From positions 1,774-65,773 of the IMG/VR virus record IMGVR_UViG_3300045996_002560: a stretch of 64,000 bases of DNA. One strand, written 5' to 3'. The notes below the pieces were generated by a model that worked only from the letters and a program-made list of their open reading frames with translations, did no database searches and was not told the DNA's origin. The translations under genes were made by a program, and so were the position numbers. This stretch comes from a virus (lineage: Duplodnaviria; Caudoviricetes). This document shows, one piece after another, positions 27,269 through 38,103 of this stretch (the stretch's first letter is position 1; the number at the start of each line of letters is the position of its first letter).

Positions 27269-30200
27269 CGTTTGTACTCCATTACCGTGCAGGTCAGAGC
27301 CCGCCTAATGTATTGATTGGAGCGCCCGCTCATTTCATCTCGGCTCACCAGCAATTCCATGCGGTAGGATATGCTCTGCTGCACACCCGGCGTGTCAGAC
27401 AGCACCAAGCACCCTGGGAGCTGTCTGCTCGAGGTCACCGGCGCGCCTGTCGCACCCGGAGCGTTGAACGACTGGCTCAAGTTGAGCAGGTTTGTCTCCA
27501 CCAACGTGGTCTCATTCCGACGGAATACCCGGAGCCTAAGGGTGCATTGACTGATGCTGCTTCCCGTCGATTGCACCAGGGCAAGATAGTTCTCATCCTG
27601 CGCGGCCAGGGTCAGCAAGGTTCGCCCGACACCATTGTATGAGGTGGTGAAGTTCGCCAGGACGACCGTGTTGCTGGTGGTCTCACCAGTTGTGGTGCTG
27701 TTCGCGCCCCCAACGTTGTTAACCTGCATGGTGGTGATGGCGTCGTTACGAATTCTTGGCGTGTCGATATCCCCGTCCGCGGTCAGCGAGAAGATGGGAA
27801 CGTAGTTCAGGTCACCGCCGTCGAACGTATCGAACGCGGTGAACGTGAAATACTTGGTACCGGAACCAGCGATCGTAACCTGATTGTTCTTGCCCTCGTA
27901 CATCAACGTCGCCGGTGAGGGTGTGAAGCCAGCAACCGTCGAGGAATAGATGCGATAGCCGACGAAATCCGGCAGGCTGGCAGCCGGTCCGGACATGCGG
28001 AAGCGATACACCTCGAAGCCACCGACTGAGTTGTTGGTCAACATCGCCGGTGGCGGATTGTAAAAGGTCCGGTTCACAAAGTCGGAGGCGTTGAGGTTGC
28101 GATCCACCTGCCGGACGTACACGCGCACCCACCGCTGTGGGGTGCCGCCATTGTCCGCGGTATTGGAAACGATGTCGTACACGTAGCGGTTTGATACCTG
28201 CCGGACCGCCCGCTGGAAGGTGAAGGTTTCGTTGTTCACACTCGTGTAGATGTGAATTTCGTAGTGCAGGAAGAACGGATCGTCGAACGTTTGGGTCCAC
28301 GCAACGGTCAGGTTCTCACTCTGAAACTGTGTGTCTGTAGGACCCTTACCGGGCTGCACGGGAGCGAGCGGCGCGGGGATGGTCCTGACTTCGCCCACCA
28401 CCTGGAAGTTGGTGATGGTGCGGGGCGGGGACTTGTACCCGAAAACATTGACAGCAACTAGGCGGAAGTTATAGACGCCGGCGGGGGCGCCAACCCAGTC
28501 GTAGGAGTTCAGCTCGACGTCGACAAGTTTCGCAGCGGTGCTTCCGTTACGTGTGTAGTGAATCTCATATTCACGAACCGTGTTGCCTACCGATTTGGTC
28601 CAGGAGAAATTAATCACAGGGGTTCGCGCCAGACCATTGATAGTCTCGTACGACACCGATGCTTCAAAGTTCGACGGTGGCGGAACCAGCTTCTCGTTGA
28701 TGTAAGAGTAGTTGGGCGGTGCGTGGAACACCGAGTTGTCGACGTAATCCCACTTGAGTCGGTTAACCTCGATGGCGGTGATCTCGAAATTGTCCGGATC
28801 GCCCTCCACCTCGCTGATCTTCATGACCCGGAATGGCTTGGGGGAGCCGTAGCCCGCCCCAACCTGCTCCAACGAGAAGGCGGCATCGAGGGGAACAGCC
28901 GCGGGCAGCGCCTCGGCGAGCAGGAGGCGGTTGACCAGACCGGTTGCCGCTTGAGGGCTCACGGCAACGCGGACGATCTCGAACTCATTGTCCTCCGTCG
29001 TCGGGTAGTTCGGGTTCAGCACCTGGACGTTGAAGGTGTAGGAGATACCAGCTTCCAGAAACAGCTTGTCCCTGAACTCGACGATGCGCCGGCTGACCGG
29101 ATCGAGTCCTGTGAGCCTGCCCGTGAGGGAGAAGCCCAGGCGCGGGTCCCCGAGCAAGATCACCTGGAAGGGCTCGACGCAATGGGCGAGCCGGTTGGTG
29201 CTGAAGGTCACCATCATCTTTTCGGTCAATGAGGTGATCAGCTTGTACCGGGCTCGCCGCATTGCCTCCTGCTGATGGATGGCACCGACCGCGTTGAAGT
29301 CCAGGGCGTTGCGCCCGTACTTGGTGATGTGGGCCTGATTGAAAATGCGGCGTCGATCGGTCTCCCAGTTCAGCTCCGGGTTCGTGAACGCGACCGTGAT
29401 GTCGTTGTATCGGCTCGCCATGTCCGTGAAGGAGTATTCAAACTTGCCGCCGACCACGTTCTCGGGCACAAACAGGTGGACGGCGTCGTCGGGCTTATCG
29501 ACGCGCACCTTGGCGACGCCGTCGCCGCTGTCGAAGAAGGTGGCGTTGAAGATGCCCGCCATGAACCGGGCAACCTCCTTGCCGCTGGCGGGCTCGGCAA
29601 TCGTATGGTTCAGGCTGTACCTTGGGTGTCGCCCGCCATTGCCGTCCAGGACCTGTTCCGAGCACCACTTGCTGGCCTCAAAGATATCCCACTTGTCAAT
29701 GCTGACCTTGTCGTAGGCGTTGAGACCGTACCGATCGTTGGTGACGAAGTCGTAGAGGCACCAAGCAGGATCATCGGTCCAGGCAAACTTGAAGGTGCCG
29801 TCCCACTGCCCGGTGTAGACTCGAGCCGCCGTGTTGTAGTTCGCCGGAACGCGAACGACGCGCCCCTTGTAGATACCATGGAAGCTCAGGTTGCCGCTGA
29901 GCTGGTTGCTGGCCTTGGTGTTGAGGTGGGCAATCGCGGTGAAGGGCCACTGTCTCGGGCCAGACAATACCTGCTGAAAGCTCTCCCAGGCGACGACGCA
30001 GATACTCTCCTGGTCACTCTCCGCCGGGTTCACCTTGGTCACGCGGATATCGTAGAAATCGTTGATCGGATCGACCAGGAAACGATATTCCTTGACCGTG
30101 TTGGTCGCAGCCTTGCCGGTGACCCGGATCAGGCGCTCGTTCAGGGCATCTACCCACACGGTGGAGTTGGCCGGCTTCCACTCAATGTGGAAATCGCCGT

Positions 30201-30582
30201 GTCCGTCGTAACTGCCTTTCTCGTTGTTCTCACTCAGTGCGCTGAACACGAGGCGGACATCGATGTAGTTCAGGTTCTTCTGAACCGTTCTGCGGATCAC
30301 TGGCACGTTCTTGACGAGGGTCACACCCACATTGATCGAGGAGGCTATCCCGCCCAACACCGGTCTGATGATCTCACCGGGACCGTACCCGCCGTGGAAC
30401 CGCAGGTTGGCACCCTTGTAGTTCAAGGTCCCATCGGAAGCCATCACCGGGGTGTCGCCGATGAAGAAGCTCTTCATGCCCAGTTCGGGGCCGAAGATCG
30501 GACCCTCACCGATACCGAGGATCACCTCCATGGTATCGACCGAGCGAAGGTTGACTTCCTTGTTGTCGTATTCGACGCCCAT
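27265..30582 (-). CDS. Central tail fibre / tip attachment protein (lambda gpJ-like)
   Basis: GEGPI.G, VPANY...YTGQWDGTFK.AWTDDPAW, FN3-like domains. Confidence 0.92.
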   Translation of the reverse strand: MGVEYDNKEVNLRSVDTMEVILGIGEGPIFGPELGMKSFFIGDTPVMASDGTLNYKGANLRFHGGYGPGEIIRPVLGGIASSINVGVTLVKNVPVIRRTVQKNLNYIDVRLVFSALSENNEKGSYDGHGDFHIEWKPANSTVWVDALNERLIRVTGKAATNTVKEYRFLVDPINDFYDIRVTKVNPAESDQESICVVAWESFQQVLSGPRQWPFTAIAHLNTKASNQLSGNLSFHGIYKGRVVRVPANYNTAARVYTGQWDGTFKFAWTDDPAWCLYDFVTNDRYGLNAYDKVSIDKWDIFEASKWCSEQVLDGNGGRHPRYSLNHTIAEPASGKEVARFMAGIFNATFFDSGDGVAKVRVDKPDDAVHLFVPENVVGGKFEYSFTDMASRYNDITVAFTNPELNWETDRRRIFNQAHITKYGRNALDFNAVGAIHQQEAMRRARYKLITSLTEKMMVTFSTNRLAHCVEPFQVILLGDPRLGFSLTGRLTGLDPVSRRIVEFRDKLFLEAGISYTFNVQVLNPNYPTTEDNEFEIVRVAVSPQAATGLVNRLLLAEALPAAVPLDAAFSLEQVGAGYGSPKPFRVMKISEVEGDPDNFEITAIEVNRLKWDYVDNSVFHAPPNYSYINEKLVPPPSNFEASVSYETINGLARTPVINFSWTKSVGNTVREYEIHYTRNGSTAAKLVDVELNSYDWVGAPAGVYNFRLVAVNVFGYKSPPRTITNFQVVGEVRTIPAPLAPVQPGKGPTDTQFQSENLTVAWTQTFDDPFFLHYEIHIYTSVNNETFTFQRAVRQVSNRYVYDIVSNTADNGGTPQRWVRVYVRQVDRNLNASDFVNRTFYNPPPAMLTNNSVGGFEVYRFRMSGPAASLPDFVGYRIYSSTVAGFTPSPATLMYEGKNNQVTIAGSGTKYFTFTAFDTFDGGDLNYVPIFSLTADGDIDTPRIRNDAITTMQVNNVGGANSTTTGETTSNTVVLANFTTSYNGVGRTLLTLAAQDENYLALVQSTGSSISQCTLRLRVFRRNETTLVETNLLNLSQSFNAPGATGAPVTSSRQLPGCLVLSDTPGVQQSISYRMELLVSRDEMSGRSNQYIRRALTCTVMEYKR

Positions 30583-31139
30583 TACCCGACAACATCCTTG
30601 GCCTGAATATCAAACGACAGGTAGTGACCGCCGACCTTCTGGCGCCCGTAGATAATCGGAATGCGGGTCCCGATCGCCACCGTATTGCCGGGGGCGCCGA
30701 GGTACTTGGAGTCCTTGTTCGATCTGGTTGGTGAGTCCGTCACCGGTGCTGGCGAGAGCATCTGCATGACACCGCCCAAGGCGAGGGCGACACCGGTGGA
30801 GAACAGGGCACCGGCGACCATGACACCAAGGGCGGGTGCGAAGACTATGGAGGCGCCGATGAGAAGGGCGCCGATGCCGATCGCGACGAACGGAGACTTG
30901 CCACCCTGGAAGGCTGGTACGATGTGGATCTCTTCAACGTCGGTCTCGGCCAGCAAACTCTCCGTGCTGTCGAACCCAACGATGGCGACGGGGTACTGCT
31001 TGCCATTGAGCTTGCGCTTGAAGGCGTCAATCTGCGAGGCTAGCGCCCTCAGCGCCTCCATTGGGGTGGACACCTCGAAAGACAGCGAGCCAGGGTGCAG
31101 CGCCTTCAAGTAGCCATGTAAAATGATTTTCTTTAACAA
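30582..31139 (-). CDS. Tail assembly protein (lambda gpI-like)
   Basis: I.LHG.L, EALRAL, IHIVP...GG, NTV..G..IPIIYG. Confidence 0.9.
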   Translation of the reverse strand: MLKKIILHGYLKALHPGSLSFEVSTPMEALRALASQIDAFKRKLNGKQYPVAIVGFDSTESLLAETDVEEIHIVPAFQGGKSPFVAIGIGALLIGASIVFAPALGVMVAGALFSTGVALALGGVMQMLSPAPVTDSPTRSNKDSKYLGAPGNTVAIGTRIPIIYGRQKVGGHYLSFDIQAKDVVG

Positions 31140-31416
31140 TGGCGTCTTCCACTATGCCGTATCGGGTTATTCCATCCGTGCCAATCACGAAGTGAGCCAG
31201 TTGAGGCCAATCCAGAAAGCAACGGTAGTCCTCAGCGGACAGGTTGCTATCATCATCCGGATGAGTGTGCCACGTGGCATAAGTGTCCTCATCCTCAAGC
31301 TGTAGAACATCAGCGCCCTTGATCCGAAAGTGGTCCTCGGGCTTCTCGTGGATATTCTCAAACTCCACGAGGGAAAAATCTCTCCGAATAATTCCCACTC
31401 GCTCGTGGTAGGTCAT
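31027..31416 (-). CDS. JAB/MPN domain protein (gpK N-terminal-like)
   Basis: ERVG, WHTHP.....S.ED. Confidence 0.8.
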   Translation of the reverse strand: MTYHERVGIIRRDFSLVEFENIHEKPEDHFRIKGADVLQLEDEDTYATWHTHPDDDSNLSAEDYRCFLDWPQLAHFVIGTDGITRYGIVEDAIVKENHFTWLLEGAAPWLAVFRGVHPNGGAEGASLAD

Positions 31417-31834
31417 CGAACTCAATCCTCTCATAACTCGTGGGCGCCTTGACATCCTTGTGCCGCATCTGAGCGACGGTGGTGTTGAACCAGACCCCCT
31501 TATACAGCTCGACATTGGAGAGCCTGCCGTAGAAGTGATGGAGGATTTCACCGTTGCCGAGATAGATGGCGCAATGGTTGGCTATCGGTGCCCGGATCGC
31601 CATCAGCATCACGTCGCCTACCCGCAGTTCGTCGGGCTCGACATCAATGATGGAGAACCGCTCCTTGCGGTAGTTCTCCATATATAAGTTCAGCCCCTGA
31701 TCCCACCAGTGATCAGGGCGAGCATAATCATTTATGTGGATGGAATACTCGTCGAGATAGAAGCATCGCAGAAGACCAAAACAATCGTTACTACCGTGCT
31801 GCCACTCCCGTCCCTTGTACTGGTTCAGGTTCAT
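31358..31834 (-). CDS. NlpC/P60 protein (gpK C-terminal-like)
   Basis: G.NDCFGL, NHCAIYLGNG.ILHH. Confidence 0.9.
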   Translation of the reverse strand: MNLNQYKGREWQHGSNDCFGLLRCFYLDEYSIHINDYARPDHWWDQGLNLYMENYRKERFSIIDVEPDELRVGDVMLMAIRAPIANHCAIYLGNGEILHHFYGRLSNVELYKGVWFNTTVAQMRHKDVKAPTSYERIEFDDLPRASGNYSERFFPRGV

Positions 31835-32325
31835 GTCAGGCTTACAGTGGGGAATTCTGGCGGCATGTACATGCGTGCCGGCACCAGGAACTGTGTACCT
31901 TCAGTTGGCGTCCGCAGCTCCAGTGCGATGATGTCATCGTTCATGGAGGTGATGCGGGTCACGATCCAGCGGCGGGTCTGAGCGACGTTAAGGTTGCTGT
32001 CGAGGTGGTTGCGCAGGATGCGACGCCGGTAGACAGTGGCACCGTCCAGCTCGCCGCTCTCGATGAACGGGCTGAACATGGATAGCCGGCTTTCGGTGCG
32101 GTTGGCCAGGACCATGGTTGGGCGAGACTCCTGCTCATCAGCGCTCGTCTCAACACCGGTCAGCTGAACCGCCCAGCCTTCGTAGGTCTTGTCCTGCCAC
32201 TCCACCCGGTCGTTGTTCTTGCAGAAGAACCGAGCACCGCTGAGCATATGGATCTCGTACAGATCCACGAACCCGATCGTCGTTAACTTTTGCCCCTCGA
32301 CGGCATGACTGATAGGTATGCCCAT
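31831..32325 (-). CDS. Minor tail protein (gpL-like)
   Basis: DLYEI, W....Y, RPT..LAN, GATVYRRR, ELRTP. Confidence 0.8.
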   Translation of the reverse strand: MGIPISHAVEGQKLTTIGFVDLYEIHMLSGARFFCKNNDRVEWQDKTYEGWAVQLTGVETSADEQESRPTMVLANRTESRLSMFSPFIESGELDGATVYRRRILRNHLDSNLNVAQTRRWIVTRITSMNDDIIALELRTPTEGTQFLVPARMYMPPEFPTVSLT

Positions 32326-32326
32326 G

Positions 32327-33226
32327 CTATTCCCACTCTATGTACTCGCCCGCCTCGGTGATAAGGTAATCACCCTCTTCCGTCAGCACCGTCTCGTTCA
32401 AGTCCTCGCCGAACGCTGGCTCGAGGTCATTGCCCGTGTAGATGTTGGTGACGGCGTTGAACAATGCGATCTGACAGTTAAATGGTGCGGAAAGCCCCAC
32501 AATTAAAGTCTTTGTCGGATCGTTCGTTGCACTCGTATTGACGCCGACCGTTATTTCGACGCTGGCCTCGTTTGCGTCGAAGGTTCGAATTCCAGTGCGA
32601 ACTTGACCCGGAGCCAGATCAACATGGCTGGCGGTACCTGCAACCGTATAGTTGACCGAGCAGGCGGTGGTAAGGGCGGTGAGGCGAGTGACTAAGAACG
32701 AAAAATAGGTCACGGCGCCATCGACGATGAAATCCGTGGGTGCAGCGATGGAGACTACGGAGCGGTTGGGCGTCGACATGCCGGGCAGCAGCGGCGACGG
32801 ACCACGCTCGGGAGTAGCTTCGGCGTACTGGAACCCCTGGAGCCCGGGGATCTCGATCAGCCTGAGTTCGAACTCCTCGACCACACCCTGACTGTTCTTC
32901 AGGACGTAGGGGATATCAAGCGGCTCCTTGAAGCGGCAGACCAGGAAGCCGTGCCCCGCGTGGTAATACCAGAAGGGTAGATGTGTCCTGTGGGCAATGT
33001 AGAAGTTCTCAAGCCGACGCATATTATTGCCCGGCCAAGCATTCTGATCAACCTCACCCGCGGTGTTCGTGTAATACGTCATCCCTGCCATGGACAGGGT
33101 GAACTCGCGCTGATCAGGTGCTTCTGGCGACGCCGCGAAGACCCAGCTACGCCCGAAGTTGATCTTCGGGCTGCTGTCCGGGTACTTGGTGCGCACCATG
33201 TGGTAGGGGAAGTCAAATACTAGCAT
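32327..33226 (-). CDS. Distal tail protein (gpM-like) with Calx-beta extension
   Basis: Follows tape measure; F..HR...PF.Y.H; C-terminal F.VTR...SVNYTVAGTA...D. Confidence 0.7.
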   Translation of the reverse strand: MLVFDFPYHMVRTKYPDSSPKINFGRSWVFAASPEAPDQREFTLSMAGMTYYTNTAGEVDQNAWPGNNMRRLENFYIAHRTHLPFWYYHAGHGFLVCRFKEPLDIPYVLKNSQGVVEEFELRLIEIPGLQGFQYAEATPERGPSPLLPGMSTPNRSVVSIAAPTDFIVDGAVTYFSFLVTRLTALTTACSVNYTVAGTASHVDLAPGQVRTGIRTFDANEASVEITVGVNTSATNDPTKTLIVGLSAPFNCQIALFNAVTNIYTGNDLEPAFGEDLNETVLTEEGDYLITEAGEYIEWE

Positions 33227-36200
33227 TACCGTGGCACCGTCTTGATCAGCTGTTTCAAGGGACCGCCGGTTCTGATGTCCCTGGCAACCACGGCGATGAT
33301 GTCGTTCGGACCTGGAGGCGGCATTTGATCCGGGGTGACCGCCCAGACATTGACCGGTGCCGCCGGTGGGGGTGCCGCCACGGGCTGGATCTGGTTGTTC
33401 GACGAGGCCATGCGACCAGTCTGGTTGATCCGGTCGAGGTTATCACGGCCCACCATGTCCACCGCGGACTTCCGCATCACGAACTCGCCGGGCATCAGGT
33501 TGGCCTTGACGCTGTCACGCCCAGGCGTGCCGCCGCGAACCTCGCCACCCACGGCGAAGCCAGCTCGAGCACCCTGATTGCCGCCCATCATCATGCCGGT
33601 ACCAGCACCGGCGGGGCCTCCAAACAAGGCACCGATCGCGAAGCCCATGATCTGCTGAACCGCCTGCTCCGCTGCGATGCGGATGAACGTCTCGATCAGG
33701 TTCTTACCGAAATCCGCGAACGCCTCGCTCATGGACTTGGTACCCGTGGCCACGTCCACGAACAGGTCCGTCATGCCGGACGAGAGCGCGCTTAACGACT
33801 GGTTCGTGACCGTCTCGATGCGCTTGTTCAGGCTGTCGAACGCACCGTTCTGCTGGCCCCAAAGCATGGTAGCGCCAGAGATGGTCTCAGCAATCGACTT
33901 GTCCTTGTACTCCTGGATGCGGGCGTTGTATTCCGCCTGGGCTTCCGATGCCCTTTCCACAGCAGCGGTCACCTCGTCCTGCGACTTGACGATGGTGCTG
34001 TTGAGGGCCTCGACTTCCTTACCAACCTTGTCCCGGCGGCTCTTCAGCTCGTCGGCTGCTTGCTGGGTGATCTTGCCGCTGCCGTCGAGGAACTCCTGAT
34101 TGAGCTTCTCAAACTCGGCGCGCTTGGAGGCAATCTCCAGTTCAGCATCCGCCCGGACCTTCTGGAGCTTGGCGACCCGCTCCTGCTCCAGCTCGGAGAC
34201 CTTCATCAGGCGCTCCGTCTCAAGAGCCTCCTGCTCCTTCTCCGCCTCGAACCGGTCGACATCCGTCACACGGTTCTGGTTGCGGATCAGGTCGAACGAG
34301 CTGGACCGGTACTGGGCGTTGCGCAGCGGCTCATTGGCGCGGGTGATCCCGCGATCGATGCCCTGGTTGACCAGCTCGAGCTGGTTCTTGGTCTCCCGAT
34401 TCTCGTTCGGCCTGAAGGCGTCGCGGTTCGGGTTGTAGGTAAAGATCTCAGGGCCTTTGCGAGGCTTGCGGGCAAGAACGTCGTTGAAGCTCCGGGACAG
34501 GTCGTCACGCTCGGCTTGCGCCCGGGCGCGAACGATGTCCTGGTTGCGCTTCATGATGTCAGGCGCGGTGTTCGCCAGATCTTTGTCGTTCTTGAGCTGG
34601 GCTAGCTCCAACTTCTCCTTCTCGTTGATCCTGCTCAGGATGGCGTTATAGACACCCTTGCGGTCCTTCGTCGTTTTGGCGCCCAGCATCCGCTGGCGAA
34701 CGTCGATCTCTTCGTTCAGCAGGCTGATCTCATTCGTGAGCGTCTTCTCGCGAGCCTCGGCACTCTCGGCCAGAACCGCACCGAGCTGGCTGTTGGTAGC
34801 CGTCTTGAGCGAGGTCAGCTTGTCGTCATAGATCTGAGCGAAGGTCGCCGCTTCGTCGGGGTTGAGTGTCGCCACAATCGCGTCGATGTTCAACGACAGC
34901 ATGGCCAGTGCGGCTTCGTTGACTTGCTTGGCGATCTTGTCACGCTCGTCGGCGTTCTGCACGCCCTTGAGACGGGTCTCCATCTCCGTGTTGCGATAGA
35001 TCTCACTGGAAGCAAGGGCAGCGTCAACGCCGGAGCCGACCTTGTCGACGACGTACTGCTTCTCCAGCTGCTTGGCCTGGATATTCCCGGTGAGCTGGGT
35101 AGCCTGTGTCTGGTTGATTGCGCCCCTGAGCTGACGCAGAGCCTCGACAACGCCGGTCAGGATTTCCTTGTCGCTCTCCGACATGTTTGTTGAGCTGTCG
35201 CGCGAGGACTGAAGATTGCGGATGGCGTCGTCGACATCGCTGGTGTTGCGCGAACTGAACAGCGTGTTGAGCCCGTTCTCCGCCACGGCTTTCGCCCCGG
35301 CGGACTGGATGGCGCTCACGCTCTCGGCTAGGTCGGCCTGCACATCGGAGTTGAACCGGGCCTCGATCTGGTTGCGCTCCAGGTCCAGCTTCTGCTGAGA
35401 CTGCCGGATGCTCTCGACGAGGTTGATGGCGATGCCCTGCTCCAGGGTCGCCTTCAGGTTCAGGTACTGCTGCGCCAAGTTCGCGAAGGTGGGCTCGAGA
35501 CCCTCCATGCTGAAGCCTAGCTCGCCGAAGCGGATCGTCGCCTCCGCAATCGCGGTGTTCAGTTCGTCCTGGTGCTCATTCAGACGGACGGAGCGGCTGA
35601 TGATCTGCTCGAACGCACCATCCACGCTCTGGATGGCCTGACGCTGCCCATCCAGTCTCCCCTTGGTCTCGTTGATGCGGGTCTGAAGCTTAGCGAGGGC
35701 GCTGTCGAGATTCCCACTGCCGGTGGAGAGCAACCCGAAACCGTCGGTGAGGTAGGCGGCCCCGGCGACAAGGGCAGTGATGCCGGCGATGGCGACAGCG
35801 ATCGGTCCACCCAGCGCGGCAATCACGGCAGCGAACCCACCCATGACGGTGGAGGCTCCGGCAATGCCGGACACGATGCTGCCTATCAGACCAGTCAGCC
35901 CGACCAGACGGGATACCGCCAAAGCGGCAGCAGCAGCCACGCCAGCCGTTAGGACAGCAGCGACCGCCTGACCAGCCGTGCTCAGGTTCCCGAGGCCCCC
36001 GACGAGCGCCGTAGCGCCGTCCAGCAACAGCTTCAGGATCGGAACGATACCGCTCGATAGGCTGTTGGCAGCCAATCCGGTGACGTTCTTGAATCGGTCG
36101 AACTTGGCGCTGAGTGAGTCCAGCTGGACTTCGTTCGCCCGAGCTGCCGCGTCGGTGTACAGGAACGCCTGCTGAAGCTCCTCGATCTCGCCAACACCGC

Positions 36201-38103
36201 GCGCGATAGCGGTGAATGCCGCAGCGGCACGAACCTCGATCGTCTCCAGAGCGTCGGCGGAGGTGAAGCCGGCAGCGCGCAGGTTCTTGAGAACCCCGGT
36301 CAGACCGTTGGTCTTTACGTTCACGTCGTTGACGGTCAGACCGAGCTGCTTTAACCGGGCGGTCAGCTTCTCACTGGGGTTGCTCAGGTCAATGATGAGC
36401 TGCCGGATACCGGTACCCAGCGTGGAGCCGGAACGGACACCGGAGTCGGCAAACTGGCCCATGACCGCGGCCAGCTCCGTGAACCCAACACCGGAATCAG
36501 CGGCGACGTTACCAGCGTACTGGATGCCCAGGGCGAGCTTATCGACCGTCAGCTTGGTGAGGTTCAGGGCAGCCGTGGTGATGTTGGCAACGTTGCCCAT
36601 CTCCTCGGCACGCAGGTTGAACACGCTGACAACGGAGGTAGCCAGGTCGACCGACTCCTCCAAGGTGGAGCCGGTGGCAGTGGCCAGCTTGGTGACAGCC
36701 CCGATGCTGTTCTGGATCTCACTGACCGAAAAGCCCGCCTGGGACAGGATGACCGCCGCGTTGGCGACTTCGACCGCGCTGAACTTGGTTTCCTTGCTGG
36801 CATCGACGATCGAGCTGCTGAGCTTGACCATCTCCTCGTCGGTTGCCGAGGCAATCGCTTGGAGCTGCGTGAACGCCTTGTCCAGCTCGACGATGAAGCC
36901 GCCCATGAAGCTGAACGAGTTGAAGATGCCCTGGAGTAGCTGGAAGTGCAGCAGCAGCCGTGCCTGGATCTTGAACAGCGAAGCGCCGCCGTCGCTGAAC
37001 AGAACACCCTCGCGGTTCGCCCTGGTCTGGTCTTCCTTGGCGCGGATACCGGCGGGGCTACCTTCGAATTGCTTCTTGGTGTCCCTCTCTTCCTGCTTCC
37101 TCCGCCTCTCCTCTATCTTGGCGGACTCGACCATGAAGCGCGCACGACGGGTCTGCCGGGCCTCGTCCGCCTTCTTCTCAGAGTCCCGATCGCGCTCCGC
37201 CATCTTGGCCGAAGCGAGCTGCCAGCCGATGCGCTTCTTCTGGTAGCCCTCCTCCGCCTTGGTGCGCTCCGCCAGCTCCTTCTCGAACCGCTTGCCCTCC
37301 TGCATGGCGGAGCGGGCGCGGATGGCGTCAAGGAACTTCTGGTTCTTGTCGCGCTCCTTCTGCTCGGCAGCCAGATTGCTGAACACCGTCTGGGCGTCCG
37401 CCATGGCGGACTTGCGGCGCAGCCCGGCGAGCAGCAACTCGTTGCGCTCCTGCGTCTTCTGATCGAGCGCGAAGGTGCCGAGCGCACCCTTCCCGTCCAG
37501 CATGGCGGAGCGAGCCTTGACGCCGGCCAGATAGCGCTCGTTGGTGACCTGTTGCTTACTCTTGCTGTTCAACCGGTCCAGCAACGAGACGGAGGCGGAG
37601 AGCTGCTGATTGGCTTTCGCCACTTCCCCGGTGTAGGTGCCCCCACTTTCCTGGAGCGCCTTGGCGAGCTTCAGCTCGCGCTCCTTGATGGCCAGCCGGA
37701 GCTGGCCCAGCCGGTTGCCGGCCAGGATGTCCTTGTTCTCGAGTGCCGCCTGCTCCAGGGCATTCTTGCCGCCGCGGATGGCGTTGTTCATGAACGCTGA
37801 GCGCTGGTTGGCGATCTGACTGAACTGCCCCAGCGGGCTCGTGTTCAGCTGGGCGCCGGCGCCCTTGATGGCAGCGTTGCGCGTGGCGGCATCGAGCCCA
37901 CCCCGAGACAGCTCACGCAGCGCCTGCTGCGCCAGCCGGGCGTTCTTCGGCAGCTCACCAAGCGCTCTTTCCAGCGTGCTCCGGAGCTTATCGGCGTCAC
38001 CGATGTTCTGCTGAATGACATCGGTGAGACGGTTAAGTTGCTCAACCGCCTGTTTCGTCGAAAGGGAGAGAGGAAGCTCTAGTCCGCCGGGTTCTACTGC
38101 CAT
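33226..38103 (-). CDS. Tail tape measure protein
   Basis: 1625 aa helical; TP901-type core (TKFSA.EVA.A...LSQAG); C-terminal FA.GG.V.G...DSV.A.L.PGEFV. Confidence 0.95.
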   Translation of the reverse strand: MAVEPGGLELPLSLSTKQAVEQLNRLTDVIQQNIGDADKLRSTLERALGELPKNARLAQQALRELSRGGLDAATRNAAIKGAGAQLNTSPLGQFSQIANQRSAFMNNAIRGGKNALEQAALENKDILAGNRLGQLRLAIKERELKLAKALQESGGTYTGEVAKANQQLSASVSLLDRLNSKSKQQVTNERYLAGVKARSAMLDGKGALGTFALDQKTQERNELLLAGLRRKSAMADAQTVFSNLAAEQKERDKNQKFLDAIRARSAMQEGKRFEKELAERTKAEEGYQKKRIGWQLASAKMAERDRDSEKKADEARQTRRARFMVESAKIEERRRKQEERDTKKQFEGSPAGIRAKEDQTRANREGVLFSDGGASLFKIQARLLLHFQLLQGIFNSFSFMGGFIVELDKAFTQLQAIASATDEEMVKLSSSIVDASKETKFSAVEVANAAVILSQAGFSVSEIQNSIGAVTKLATATGSTLEESVDLATSVVSVFNLRAEEMGNVANITTAALNLTKLTVDKLALGIQYAGNVAADSGVGFTELAAVMGQFADSGVRSGSTLGTGIRQLIIDLSNPSEKLTARLKQLGLTVNDVNVKTNGLTGVLKNLRAAGFTSADALETIEVRAAAAFTAIARGVGEIEELQQAFLYTDAAARANEVQLDSLSAKFDRFKNVTGLAANSLSSGIVPILKLLLDGATALVGGLGNLSTAGQAVAAVLTAGVAAAAALAVSRLVGLTGLIGSIVSGIAGASTVMGGFAAVIAALGGPIAVAIAGITALVAGAAYLTDGFGLLSTGSGNLDSALAKLQTRINETKGRLDGQRQAIQSVDGAFEQIISRSVRLNEHQDELNTAIAEATIRFGELGFSMEGLEPTFANLAQQYLNLKATLEQGIAINLVESIRQSQQKLDLERNQIEARFNSDVQADLAESVSAIQSAGAKAVAENGLNTLFSSRNTSDVDDAIRNLQSSRDSSTNMSESDKEILTGVVEALRQLRGAINQTQATQLTGNIQAKQLEKQYVVDKVGSGVDAALASSEIYRNTEMETRLKGVQNADERDKIAKQVNEAALAMLSLNIDAIVATLNPDEAATFAQIYDDKLTSLKTATNSQLGAVLAESAEAREKTLTNEISLLNEEIDVRQRMLGAKTTKDRKGVYNAILSRINEKEKLELAQLKNDKDLANTAPDIMKRNQDIVRARAQAERDDLSRSFNDVLARKPRKGPEIFTYNPNRDAFRPNENRETKNQLELVNQGIDRGITRANEPLRNAQYRSSSFDLIRNQNRVTDVDRFEAEKEQEALETERLMKVSELEQERVAKLQKVRADAELEIASKRAEFEKLNQEFLDGSGKITQQAADELKSRRDKVGKEVEALNSTIVKSQDEVTAAVERASEAQAEYNARIQEYKDKSIAETISGATMLWGQQNGAFDSLNKRIETVTNQSLSALSSGMTDLFVDVATGTKSMSEAFADFGKNLIETFIRIAAEQAVQQIMGFAIGALFGGPAGAGTGMMMGGNQGARAGFAVGGEVRGGTPGRDSVKANLMPGEFVMRKSAVDMVGRDNLDRINQTGRMASSNNQIQPVAAPPPAAPVNVWAVTPDQMPPPGPNDIIAVVARDIRTGGPLKQLIKTVPR

